Shown piece after piece: positions 25,501 to 34,055 of a stretch of 34,379 bases of DNA. The position numbers were made by a program, and so were the translations under genes. The stretch is taken from IMG/VR virus record IMGVR_UViG_2778261181_000004; one strand, 5' to 3'. Every line of letters begins with the position of its first letter. The first letter of the stretch is position 1. A model generated the notes under the pieces. That model did not search any database. It was not told the origin of the DNA and saw nothing but the letters and a program-made list of their open reading frames with translations. This stretch comes from a virus (Duplodnaviria > Heunggongvirae > Uroviricota > Caudoviricetes).

Positions 25501-27472
25501 TTCCTGGTTCAGGATGCAGGCTGGTCACCAGAGTGACGCGGATATTTATATTTATGACGAGATTGGTTTCTGGGGTGTTACAGCGAAGCAGTTTATCAGT
25601 GATCTGAATGCACTGGGCGATATCACCCACATTAATCTCCATATCAATTCACCGGGTGGCGATGTCTTTGAAGGCATCGCCATTTTTAATGCGCTGAAAA
25701 CACATGGTGCGTCCATTACCGTTTATGTCGACGGTGTGGCGGCGTCAATGGCGTCGGTCATTGCGATGGTGGGAAACCCGGTCATTATGCCGGAAAACAC
25801 CTTCATGATGATTCATAAACCATTTGGCTTTACGGGCGGTGATGCGGAGGACATGCGCACCTATGCCGACCTGCTCGATAAAGTTGAGGCGGTTCTGTTA
25901 CCCGCTTATGCACAGAAAACCGGGAAAACCACCGATGAAATTGCTGCCATGCTGGCAGATGAGACCTGGATGTCCGGTGCCGAATGTCTGGCACATGGAT
26001 TTGCTGATCAGGTGACGCCAGCCGTTAAGGCAATGGCATGTATTCAGTCAAAACGTACAGAGGAATTTAAAAAGATGCCGGAATCCATTCGAAACATGAT
26101 TACTCCGCCACGCAACAGTGCTCCACGCGTACAGGATAATGAACCTGCAGCCTCCCGGACGCCAGTGCAGGCAGCAGCACCCATGGTGGATGAAAACAGT
26201 ATCCGTGCGCAGGTACTGGCAGAGCAAAAAGCGCGTGTAAACGGTATTAATGATCTGTTTGCCATGTTTGGCGGGCGTTATCAGACGCTGCAGGCTCAGT
26301 GTCTTGCCGATCCTGAATGTTCGCTGGAGCAGGCCCGCGAAAAGCTGTTGAACGAGATGGGGCGCGAGTCCACGCCATCCAATAAAAATACCCCGGCTCA
26401 TATTTATGCCGGTAACGGTAATTTTGTGGGGGACGGGATCCGCCAGGCGCTGATGGCGCGTGCCGGATTTGAAAAAACCGAACGTGATAATGTCTACAAC
26501 GGGATGACCCTGCGTGAATATGCCCGTATGTCACTGACTGAACGGGGTATTGGGGTTTCCAGTTATAACCCGATGCAGATGGTCGGTGCGGCGTTCACAC
26601 ACAGTACGTCTGACTTCGGTAATATTCTGCTGGATGTTGCGAACAAAGCCATTCTGCAGGGCTGGGAAGATGCTCCTGAAACCTATGAACAGTGGACGCG
26701 GAAAGGTCAGTTGTCTGATTTTAAAATTGCCCATCGTGTGGGTATGGGGGGCTTCAGTGCTCTGCGTCAGGTGCGTGAAGGGGCGGAATATAAATACGTC
26801 ACCACCGGAGATAAACAGGCCACTATTGCACTGGCGACCTATGGCGAGCTGTTCAGTATCACCCGTCAGGCCATTATCAATGATGATCTGAATATGCTGA
26901 CCGATGTCCCGATGAAACTGGGCCGTGCGGCGAAATCCACTATTGCCGATCTGGTTTATGCCATTCTGACGTCTAACCCGAAAATCTCCACAGATAATGT
27001 AAGTCTGTTCGATAAAGCGAAACATGCAAACGTACTGGAGAGCGCTGCAATGGACGTGGCATCGCTGGATAAAGCCCGCCAGTTGATGCGCGTTCAGAAA
27101 GAGGGGGAGCGTCATCTGAATATTCGTCCTGCGTTCGTACTGGTACCGACGGCGATGGAGTCTGTTGCTAACCAGGTCATTCGCTCCTCAAGTGTCAAGG
27201 GGGCTGACATTAACGCCGGTATTATTAACCCGGTGAAAGATTTTGCGACCGTTATTGCAGAGCCTCGTCTTGATGATAACAGCCAGACCACCTTCTACCT
27301 GGCTGCGTCAAAAGGCTCCGATACGATTGAAGTGGCTTATCTCAACGGTGTGGATACGCCATATATTGATCAGATGGAGGGCTTCAGTGTGGATGGCGTG
27401 ACAACGAAAGTGCGTATTGACGCCGGTGTCGCGCCAGTTGATCACCGCGGTCTGGTGAAATGTACGGCGTAA
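25445..27472 (+). CDS. Fused head maturation protease (ClpP/S14-like) - scaffold-like linker - major capsid protein
   Basis: Single ORF with N-terminal ClpP-like domain, Ala/Gln-rich helical middle region and C-terminal capsid-like domain; preferred start GTG 25445 with AAAGGAGG 5 nt upstream, overlapping the portal 3' end (ORF-track start 25253 is deeper inside portal). Confidence 0.75.
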   Translation: MPQRNDRSRSTPTTSPKNNSWFRMQAGHQSDADIYIYDEIGFWGVTAKQFISDLNALGDITHINLHINSPGGDVFEGIAIFNALKTHGASITVYVDGVAASMASVIAMVGNPVIMPENTFMMIHKPFGFTGGDAEDMRTYADLLDKVEAVLLPAYAQKTGKTTDEIAAMLADETWMSGAECLAHGFADQVTPAVKAMACIQSKRTEEFKKMPESIRNMITPPRNSAPRVQDNEPAASRTPVQAAAPMVDENSIRAQVLAEQKARVNGINDLFAMFGGRYQTLQAQCLADPECSLEQAREKLLNEMGRESTPSNKNTPAHIYAGNGNFVGDGIRQALMARAGFEKTERDNVYNGMTLREYARMSLTERGIGVSSYNPMQMVGAAFTHSTSDFGNILLDVANKAILQGWEDAPETYEQWTRKGQLSDFKIAHRVGMGGFSALRQVREGAEYKYVTTGDKQATIALATYGELFSITRQAIINDDLNMLTDVPMKLGRAAKSTIADLVYAILTSNPKISTDNVSLFDKAKHANVLESAAMDVASLDKARQLMRVQKEGERHLNIRPAFVLVPTAMESVANQVIRSSSVKGADINAGIINPVKDFATVIAEPRLDDNSQTTFYLAASKGSDTIEVAYLNGVDTPYIDQMEGFSVDGVTTKVRIDAGVAPVDHRGLVKCTA

Positions 27473-27493
27473 ACGTCGCAGACAACAACTCTG

Positions 27494-27517
27494 ATGGCCC
27501 GTAAGGGCTTTTTTTGT
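27494..27517 (+). terminator. Putative intrinsic terminator after the capsid gene
   Basis: Short GGCCC/GGGC hairpin with GTAA loop followed by TTTTTTT; a second 7-bp hairpin CAGCCCC/GGGGCTG at 27527-27545. Confidence 0.5.
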
Positions 27518-27558
27518 ACCTGAAATCAGCCCCTGAACGGGGCTGTGCGGAGACAGTT

Positions 27559-27882
27559 ATGGCAAAGAATTTTGTAGAAGAAGGAAAAACGGTGGCGATT
27601 GTTGCCAGTGCAGCCATCAGCAGCGGAGATCTGGTGCAGGTGGGTGATGTTTTTGCGGTGGCGCTGACCGATATTCCACAGGGTGAAACAGGCGACGGCA
27701 TGACCGAAGGTGTGTTTATGCTGCCTAAGCTGAAAACGGATGACATGAAAACGGGTAAGAAGGTTTATCTGAAGTCCGGAAAAGTTCAGCTGACTAACAG
27801 CGGCTCTGATCCGCTGGTCGGGGTTGTCTGGGCAGATGCCGGAACCAGTGCAGAAGAAGTGCCGGTAAAACTCAATGTCTGA
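27559..27882 (+). CDS. Small head-associated protein (in the position of lambda FI / decoration proteins; family uncertain)
   Basis: ATG 27559 with GGAG RBS 6 nt upstream; 107 aa; 8-nt overlap with the next gene. Confidence 0.55.
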   Translation: MAKNFVEEGKTVAIVASAAISSGDLVQVGDVFAVALTDIPQGETGDGMTEGVFMLPKLKTDDMKTGKKVYLKSGKVQLTNSGSDPLVGVVWADAGTSAEEVPVKLNV

Positions 27883-28150
27883 TCCCTTTTCCCGGCTGGC
27901 AGCGCGTATGGATGCGATCACGGTCAGAAAGATGGGAAAGACAGCCTCGATTAATGATGTCGATATGACTGTGATCCCGGGAGAAACACTGGCAGAGCTG
28001 AATGCTCTGTCCGGACCTGCGGTCTCTCTGGTGGTGTTTTCTTCGGGATACCGCCCACGGCGCGGGGATCGCGTTGTTTATGACGGACAACAATGGACGG
28101 TCACACGGCATGAACGCTTTAACGGTAAGCCAATGATCTTTATTGAGTAA
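27875..28150 (+). CDS. Head-tail attachment protein, lambda FII-like
   Basis: 91 aa; C-terminal PRRGDRVVYDGQQWTVTRHE parallels lambda FII LRRGDTLTIGEENFWVDR. Confidence 0.65.
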   Translation: MSDPFSRLAARMDAITVRKMGKTASINDVDMTVIPGETLAELNALSGPAVSLVVFSSGYRPRRGDRVVYDGQQWTVTRHERFNGKPMIFIE

Positions 28151-28161
28151 AGAGGTGTGGG

Positions 28162-28752
28162 ATGAAGGGGCTTGAGAATGCCATCCGCAATCTGAACAGC
28201 CTTGATACCCGTATGGTGCCACAGGCCAGCGCATGGGCGATAAACCGTGTGGCACAGAAAGCGGTCTCGGTTGCCACCCGGCAGGTTGCCGGGAATACCG
28301 TTGCGGGAGATAACCAGGTGAAAGGGATCCCCCTGAAACTGGTACGTCAGCGTGTCCGGGTGTTTAAAGCCAGTCCGTCAGGAAAAATGACGGCCAGGAT
28401 CCGCGTTAACCGGGGTAATCTGCCCGCCATCAAACTGAACACAACACGGCGGCGTGCTGGTGAAGGACTGAGAGTGGGAAAATACTTTTTCCGGGGGGCA
28501 TTTGTTCAGCAACTGGCGAATGGCCGCTGGCATGTTCTGAGGCGTCTTCCTGAAGCGCGTTTTGCAACAGGGCATGACCATCAGGGCAGGCCAAGAAAAA
28601 ATCGTCTTCCTGTGGAGGTAGTGAAAATCCCGCTGTCCGGACCGCTGACACAGGCATTTGAAGATGCCCGCGACCGCATCATTGCTGCGGAAATGCCGAA
28701 ACAGCTGGGGTATGCACTGAAACAACAACTGAGATTATGGCTGACCCGATGA
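28162..28752 (+). CDS. Z: Minor tail protein, lambda Z-like
   Basis: 196 aa (lambda Z is of similar size); positioned between FII-like and U; AGAGGTGTGGG RBS. Confidence 0.6.
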   Translation: MKGLENAIRNLNSLDTRMVPQASAWAINRVAQKAVSVATRQVAGNTVAGDNQVKGIPLKLVRQRVRVFKASPSGKMTARIRVNRGNLPAIKLNTTRRRAGEGLRVGKYFFRGAFVQQLANGRWHVLRRLPEARFATGHDHQGRPRKNRLPVEVVKIPLSGPLTQAFEDARDRIIAAEMPKQLGYALKQQLRLWLTR

Positions 28753-29150
28753 ACCGACATACACAAATCCGCCAGGTCGTACTGGCACGCCTTCGGGAAC
28801 AGTGTGGAGACAGCGCCACGTTTTTTGACGGGCTTCCGGCATTTATTGATGCGCAGGAACTGCCTGCCGTGGCGGTGTGGCTGAGTGATGCTCAGTACAC
28901 CGGAAAAATGACGGATGAAGATGACTGGCAGGCTGTTATGCATATTGCCGTCTTCATCCGGGCACAGGCACCGGATTCAGAGCTGGATATGTGGATGGAG
29001 AGCACCATTTTTCCTGCCCTGAATGATATACCGGCACTTTCCGGACTTATCGACACCCTGATCCCACTCGGTTTTAACTATCAACGTGATAATGAGATGG
29101 CCACCTGGGCGATGGCGGAAATCACGTACCAGATTACGTACACGAATTAA
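28749..29150 (+). CDS. U: Tail terminator protein U
   Basis: Strong match to the lambda U pattern (GDSATFFDG ... LPAVAVWLSDAQYTG ... PDSELDMWMES ... DIPALS ... ITYQITY); ATGA overlap with the Z-like stop. Confidence 0.85.
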   Translation: MNRHTQIRQVVLARLREQCGDSATFFDGLPAFIDAQELPAVAVWLSDAQYTGKMTDEDDWQAVMHIAVFIRAQAPDSELDMWMESTIFPALNDIPALSGLIDTLIPLGFNYQRDNEMATWAMAEITYQITYTN

Positions 29151-29160
29151 GGAGGTGGTA

Positions 29161-29904
29161 ATGACCACACCAAATCCACTGGCAAAGACGAAAGGTGCGG
29201 GGACGACGTTCTGGATGTATACCGGCAACGGCGATGCGTTTGCGAATCCTTTGTCGGACACTGACTGGCTGCGTCTTGCGATGGTGAAGGATCTGCAACC
29301 TGGCGAAATGACCGCTGATGCAGAAGATGACACTTATCTCGATGATGAAGATGCAGACTGGAAAACAACAACCCAGGGGCAGAAATCCGTCGGTGATACT
29401 TCGGCGACGCTGGCCTGGCGTCCGGGTGACAGCGGACAGAAAAAACTGGTTCAGTTGTTCGACTCCGGTGAAGTCTGCGCGTTTCGTATCAAATATCCCA
29501 ACGGTACTGTTGATGTTTTCCGTGGCTGGCTGAGTTCACTGGGTAAAACCATTGCCTCAAAAGACGTGATGACCCGCACCGTGAAAATCAGCGGTGTGGG
29601 GCGTCCATATCTGGCAGAGGAGGGCACTGAAACCGTGGGCGTTACCGGGCTGACGGTGGCACCGGCATCCGCCAGTGTCAATGTGGGAGCAACCACCACG
29701 CTGACCTTTACAGTAAAACCTGACGGAGCCAGTGACAAAGCGATCAGTGTGCATTCGACAGATCCACAGACTGCCACGGTGACCCTGAACGGGCTTGTGG
29801 CCACGGTGAAAGGCGTGAAGCAGGGCAGTGTCAGCATTGTGGGCATGACTTCTGACGGCGATTTTGTGGCAGTGGCTACGGTGGCTGTCAGCGCCGCAGG
29901 TTAA
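29161..29904 (+). CDS. V: Major tail protein V with C-terminal Ig-like (Big_2) domain
   Basis: AAGGAGG RBS; KGAGTTFWMYTGNGDAFANPLSD ... YLDDEDADW ... FPNGTVDVFRGW closely parallels lambda V. Confidence 0.9.
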   Translation: MTTPNPLAKTKGAGTTFWMYTGNGDAFANPLSDTDWLRLAMVKDLQPGEMTADAEDDTYLDDEDADWKTTTQGQKSVGDTSATLAWRPGDSGQKKLVQLFDSGEVCAFRIKYPNGTVDVFRGWLSSLGKTIASKDVMTRTVKISGVGRPYLAEEGTETVGVTGLTVAPASASVNVGATTTLTFTVKPDGASDKAISVHSTDPQTATVTLNGLVATVKGVKQGSVSIVGMTSDGDFVAVATVAVSAAG

Positions 29905-29924
29905 CAGGACGATACTCATCATTT

Positions 29925-29948
29925 GCCCCGGTTATCCGGGGCTTTTTT
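29925..29948 (+). terminator. Intrinsic terminator immediately after the major tail gene
   Basis: Perfect 7-bp stem GCCCCGG/CCGGGGC, TTAT loop, then TTTTTT. Confidence 0.7.
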
Positions 29949-29964
29949 GCAGGTGGAGAACATG

Positions 29965-30351
29965 ATGTTTCTGAAACAGGGCACGTTTAATTATGAAAAG
30001 CAGTCCGTGGTGCTCAGTGAGCTGTCCGGGCTGCAGAGAATTGAATATCTGGCGTTTGTTCAGCAGCGAACGGCAAAGTTTGATGCCGAAGAGGGAGAAC
30101 TGCCGGAGGCTGAACGACAGATTGCTTTTCTGCGGATGGGGATGGATATCAATGCCTGGCTGGTTTCCCGCTCACTGTGGAATGCGGAACAGTCTCAGGA
30201 TGTTGAGACGCTTTGCGCATCCGTTATTACAACATGGTCGTATGATGCCCTGGGAGCGGGGGCGGAGATGGTTCTGTCGCTGAGCGGTATGGGAGCCATT
30301 GAGAATGCCGGGGATTTGGAGCATGAGGTGCTGACGCCGGAAAAGTCCTGA
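29965..30351 (+). CDS. G: Tail assembly chaperone G
   Basis: MFLKQG start (lambda G starts MFLK); VLSELSGLQRIEYLAF matches lambda G LSELSALQRIEHLAL; GGAG RBS 6 nt upstream. Confidence 0.85.
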   Translation: MFLKQGTFNYEKQSVVLSELSGLQRIEYLAFVQQRTAKFDAEEGELPEAERQIAFLRMGMDINAWLVSRSLWNAEQSQDVETLCASVITTWSYDALGAGAEMVLSLSGMGAIENAGDLEHEVLTPEKS

Positions 30352-30359
30352 CGCGGGAA

Positions 30360-30689
30360 ATGCAGTTTGTCATGCGGCTTGCCCGGGAGTTCCGGCGGGC
30401 AGACTGGCGGCGGATGCTGTCGGAAATGTCGGCCACTGAGCTTGGTGAGTGGGGCGATTATTTCCGGATGCAGAGCTTCAGTGATGTGTGGATGGATGCG
30501 CAGTTTGCCTCGCTGAAGGCATTGATCGTGAGAATGGTGTCCGGTAGCAGTGATGCTGCGGTGGCTGATTTCAGCCTTTTACCGGAAGAGAACGGGATAC
30601 CGGAGCGAACGGACGAAGAACTGATGCATCTTGGGGAAGGTATTTCCGGAGGTGTGCGTTATGGACCAGATAGCCAACCTGGTCATTGA
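30360..30689 (+). CDS. T: Tail assembly protein T region; expected to be made as a G-T fusion by -1 programmed frameshifting near the end of G (T frame opens at 30327)
   Basis: -1 frame relative to G is open from 30327 through 30689; candidate slip site G GAA AAG at 30339-30345; coordinates given for the in-frame ATG, the fusion would span 29965-30689. Confidence 0.65.
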   Translation: MQFVMRLAREFRRADWRRMLSEMSATELGEWGDYFRMQSFSDVWMDAQFASLKALIVRMVSGSSDAAVADFSLLPEENGIPERTDEELMHLGEGISGGVRYGPDSQPGH

Positions 30690-33600
30690 TTTGGGGATTG
30701 ATGCGGCAGAGTTTAAAAATGAAATTCCCCGTATCAAAAACCTTCTGAATGGTGCAGCCAGCGATGCAGAACGGTCTTCTGCCCGTATGCAGCGTTTTAT
30801 GGAGCGTCAGACTCAGGCCGCCCGGCAGACAATGCAGGCGGCTTCTTCGGCTGCAACAGCCGCATCCGTCCATGCGCAGACGGTGGAGAAGAGCGCACAG
30901 GCTCATGAACGCATGGCCCGCGAGGTGGAGCAAACCCGCCAGCGTATGGAGGCACTGAGCCAGAAAATGCGCGAGGAACAGGCGCAGGCCATGGCTCTGG
31001 CGGAGGCTCAGGATAAAGCGGCTGCCGCGTTTTATCGTCAGATTGACAGTGTGAAACAGGCCAGTGCGGGGCTGCAGGAATTACAGCGTATTCAGCAGCA
31101 GATCCGACAGGCCAGAAACAGTGGCGGGATTGGTCAGCAGGATTATCTGGCGCTGATTTCTGAGGTTACGGCGAAAACCCGTGTTCTTACGCAGGCTGAG
31201 GCAGAGGCTACCCGACAGAAAGTGGCGTTTATCCGTCAGCTTAAAGAGCAGGCAACCCGCCAGAATCTTTCTTCTTCTGAGTTGCTTCGTGCTAAGGCTG
31301 CTCAGCTGGGGGTAAGCAGTGCTGCAGAAGTGTATATCCGCAAAATGGAGCAGGCAGGAAAAGCCACGCATTCGCTGGGTCTGAAAAGTGCAGCGGCCCG
31401 CCAGGAGATAGGCGTTCTGATAGGTGAACTGGCTCGCGGCAATTTAGGGGCGCTGAGGGGATCCGGGATAACGCTGGCTAACCGTGCCGGATGGATAGAC
31501 ACACTGATGTCACCGAAAGGCATGATGCTGGGCGGGGTTATTGGCGGTATTGCCGCGGCTGTCTATGGTCTGGGTAAAGCCTGGTATGACGGTCAGAAGG
31601 AGGGGGAAGAATTTAACCGCCAGCTGTCGCTGACGGGGCATTATGCCGGAGTCACTGCCGGGCAGCTGTGGACGCTCAGTCGTGCTATTTCCGGGAATGG
31701 TATCACGCAACATGCTGCAGCCGGTGCGCTGGCTCAGGTGGTGGGGAGTGGTGCATTTCGTGGAAACGATATCGGTATGGTGGCGAGAGCTGCCGCACAG
31801 ATGGAGCGATCGGTTGGCCAGTCGGTCAGCGATACCATAAGTCAGTTTAAGCGGCTGAAGGATGATCCTGTAAATGCCGCGAAGGCTCTGGACAATGAGC
31901 TGCATTTTCTTACTGCCACTCAGCTTGAGCAGATACGCGTCCTTGGGGAACAGGGGCGGTCCAGTGATGCGGCACGGATAGCCATGTCTGCACTGGCAGA
32001 GGAAACCAGTCGGCGTACTGCGGATATTGATAATAACCTCAATGCGCTGGGTAGTACGCTGCAAACCTTGTCTGACTGGTGGAAGCAGTTCTGGGATGCG
32101 GCCATGAATATTGGTCGTGAAGATTCGCTGGATGCGCAGATTGCCACTTTGCAGGAGAAAGTGTCGCGGGCGAAAAGACTCCCCTGGACGGCATCATCTT
32201 CTCAGGTTGAATACGATCAGCAGCGTCTTAACGATCTTCAGGAGAAAAAACGCCAGAAGGATTTGCAGGATGCAAAAGAGCAGGCAGAGCGGAATTATCA
32301 GGAGCAACAGAAACGCCGTAATGCTGAAAATGCTGCACTGAATCGGATGAATGAAACGGAAGCTGCACGACATCAGCGTGAAATTGCGCGTATTAATGCC
32401 ATGCAGTACGCCGATCAGGCTGTCAGGGATGCTGCGATACAACGTGAAAATGAACGTTACGAGAAAGCCCTGGCATCCGGTAAGAAAAAAACACGCGAAA
32501 CCCGTAATGATGAGGCCACCCGGTTATTGCTGCAGTACAGCCAGCAACAGGCACAGGTGGAAGGACAGATTGCTGCTGCAAGACAGTCAGCAGGCATTGC
32601 CACTGACAGGATGACAGAAGCGCATAAACAGCTTCTGGCTCTGCAGCAGCGCATCAGCGATCTGGACGGGAAAAAACTGACGGCAGATGAAAAGAGTGTG
32701 CTGGCCCGTAAAGATGAACTGATTCAGGCACTGACGCTGCTGGATGTAAAACAGCAGGAGCTTCAGAAACAGACGGCACTCAACGATCTGAAGAAAAAAA
32801 CAATTCAGCTGACCAGTCAACTGGCTGAAGAAGAGCGCGCTCAGCGTCAGCAACATGACCTGGATATCGCCACGGTGGGTATGGGTGATCAGCAGCGGCA
32901 GCGATATCAGGTACAACTGAGTCTTCGCCAGAAATACCAGCAACAGCTGGAGCAGTTGAGGCGGGATAGTGAGCAGAAAGGGACATATAACACGGATGAC
33001 TACAGAAAGGCCGAGCAGGCGCTGACGGAGAGCCTGAACCGACAACTGAATGAGAATCGCCGTTACTGGCAACAGCTTGAAATTGCTCAGGGTGACTGGA
33101 AAAACGGAGTCCTGCGTGCACTCCAGAATGTCACTGAGAATGCGGATAACACAGCCGGGACAGTGGAACAGTTGTTCACGTCTGCGTTCAGTAGCATGAG
33201 TGACTGGCTGGCGACATTCTGTACTACAGGCAAACTCAATTTCAAATCCTTCACCTCTTCTGTGCTGTCAGATATGTCCAGAATCATGGCTCAGATAGCT
33301 TTAATGAAAGCGGTAAAAGGCATTGCTTCCGCGCTGCCTTTTGATTTTGTAGCTAATGCTGATGGCGGTGTTTATCAGTCGGCTGATTTGAGTCGCTACA
33401 GTGGCACGGTGGTTAACCGTCCGACGTTTTTTGCTTTTGCAAAAGGCGCGGGTGTGATGGGGGAAGCTGGACCTGAAGCCATTCTGCCACTGCGTCGTGG
33501 TGCTGACGGTAAGCTGGGGGTTGTGGCGGATATTGGTGGTTCAGGTATGGCGATGTTTGCCCCGCAGTACAACATCGAGATCAATAACGATGGCACGAAC

Positions 33601-33717
33601 GGGCAGATAGGTCCGGCTGCCCTGAAGGTGGTTTATGACCTCGGGAAAAAAGCGGCAGCGGACTTTATGCAACAGCAGGCCCGTGATGGTGGTCGGTTAA
33701 GTGGAGCATATCGGTAA
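30661..33717 (+). CDS. H: Tail tape measure protein H
   Basis: ATG 30661 with GGAGG RBS; C-terminus NNDGTNGQIGPAALKVVYD ... DGGRLSG nearly identical in pattern to lambda H C-terminus; long coiled-coil middle. Confidence 0.9.
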   Translation: MDQIANLVIDLGIDAAEFKNEIPRIKNLLNGAASDAERSSARMQRFMERQTQAARQTMQAASSAATAASVHAQTVEKSAQAHERMAREVEQTRQRMEALSQKMREEQAQAMALAEAQDKAAAAFYRQIDSVKQASAGLQELQRIQQQIRQARNSGGIGQQDYLALISEVTAKTRVLTQAEAEATRQKVAFIRQLKEQATRQNLSSSELLRAKAAQLGVSSAAEVYIRKMEQAGKATHSLGLKSAAARQEIGVLIGELARGNLGALRGSGITLANRAGWIDTLMSPKGMMLGGVIGGIAAAVYGLGKAWYDGQKEGEEFNRQLSLTGHYAGVTAGQLWTLSRAISGNGITQHAAAGALAQVVGSGAFRGNDIGMVARAAAQMERSVGQSVSDTISQFKRLKDDPVNAAKALDNELHFLTATQLEQIRVLGEQGRSSDAARIAMSALAEETSRRTADIDNNLNALGSTLQTLSDWWKQFWDAAMNIGREDSLDAQIATLQEKVSRAKRLPWTASSSQVEYDQQRLNDLQEKKRQKDLQDAKEQAERNYQEQQKRRNAENAALNRMNETEAARHQREIARINAMQYADQAVRDAAIQRENERYEKALASGKKKTRETRNDEATRLLLQYSQQQAQVEGQIAAARQSAGIATDRMTEAHKQLLALQQRISDLDGKKLTADEKSVLARKDELIQALTLLDVKQQELQKQTALNDLKKKTIQLTSQLAEEERAQRQQHDLDIATVGMGDQQRQRYQVQLSLRQKYQQQLEQLRRDSEQKGTYNTDDYRKAEQALTESLNRQLNENRRYWQQLEIAQGDWKNGVLRALQNVTENADNTAGTVEQLFTSAFSSMSDWLATFCTTGKLNFKSFTSSVLSDMSRIMAQIALMKAVKGIASALPFDFVANADGGVYQSADLSRYSGTVVNRPTFFAFAKGAGVMGEAGPEAILPLRRGADGKLGVVADIGGSGMAMFAPQYNIEINNDGTNGQIGPAALKVVYDLGKKAAADFMQQQARDGGRLSGAYR

Positions 33718-34046
33718 TGGAGACGTTTCACTGGAAAGTGCGCCCGGATATGAATGTGGTATCAGAGCCGAAAGTGGTGACAGTGAAGCTGGGCGATGGT
33801 TATGAACAGCGTCGTGCGGCGGGACTGAATAACCAGTTGTCGACTTACAGCGTGACGATACGTGTTCGTAAATGTGAACACCCATCTTTAAAAGCCTTTC
33901 TGGAACGGCACGGTGGCGTCCGCGCATTTCAGTGGACGCCACCTTATGACTGGAAGCCGATCAGGGTGGTTTGTCGTAAATGGTCGGCAAGCGTGGGGGC
34001 GCTGTGGGTAACCATAACGGCAGATTTTGAACAGGTCGTGGCATAG
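33717..34046 (+). CDS. M: Minor tail protein M
   Basis: 109 aa; FHWKVRPDMNV ... GDGYEQR ... TYSVT ... HGG ... WTPPYDW ... FEQVV matches lambda M throughout; TAATG overlap with the H stop. Confidence 0.9.
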   Translation: METFHWKVRPDMNVVSEPKVVTVKLGDGYEQRRAAGLNNQLSTYSVTIRVRKCEHPSLKAFLERHGGVRAFQWTPPYDWKPIRVVCRKWSASVGALWVTITADFEQVVA

Positions 34047-34055
34047 GAGGCCCTG

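Noticed and set aside
26531-27115. 194-aa ORF on the - strand
   Set aside because: Antisense within the protease-capsid gene; no start context.
31510-33072. Several ORFs on the - strand (31510-32064, 32587-33072, 32780-33121)
   Set aside because: Antisense within the tape measure gene H, whose identity is supported by strong C-terminal similarity to lambda H.
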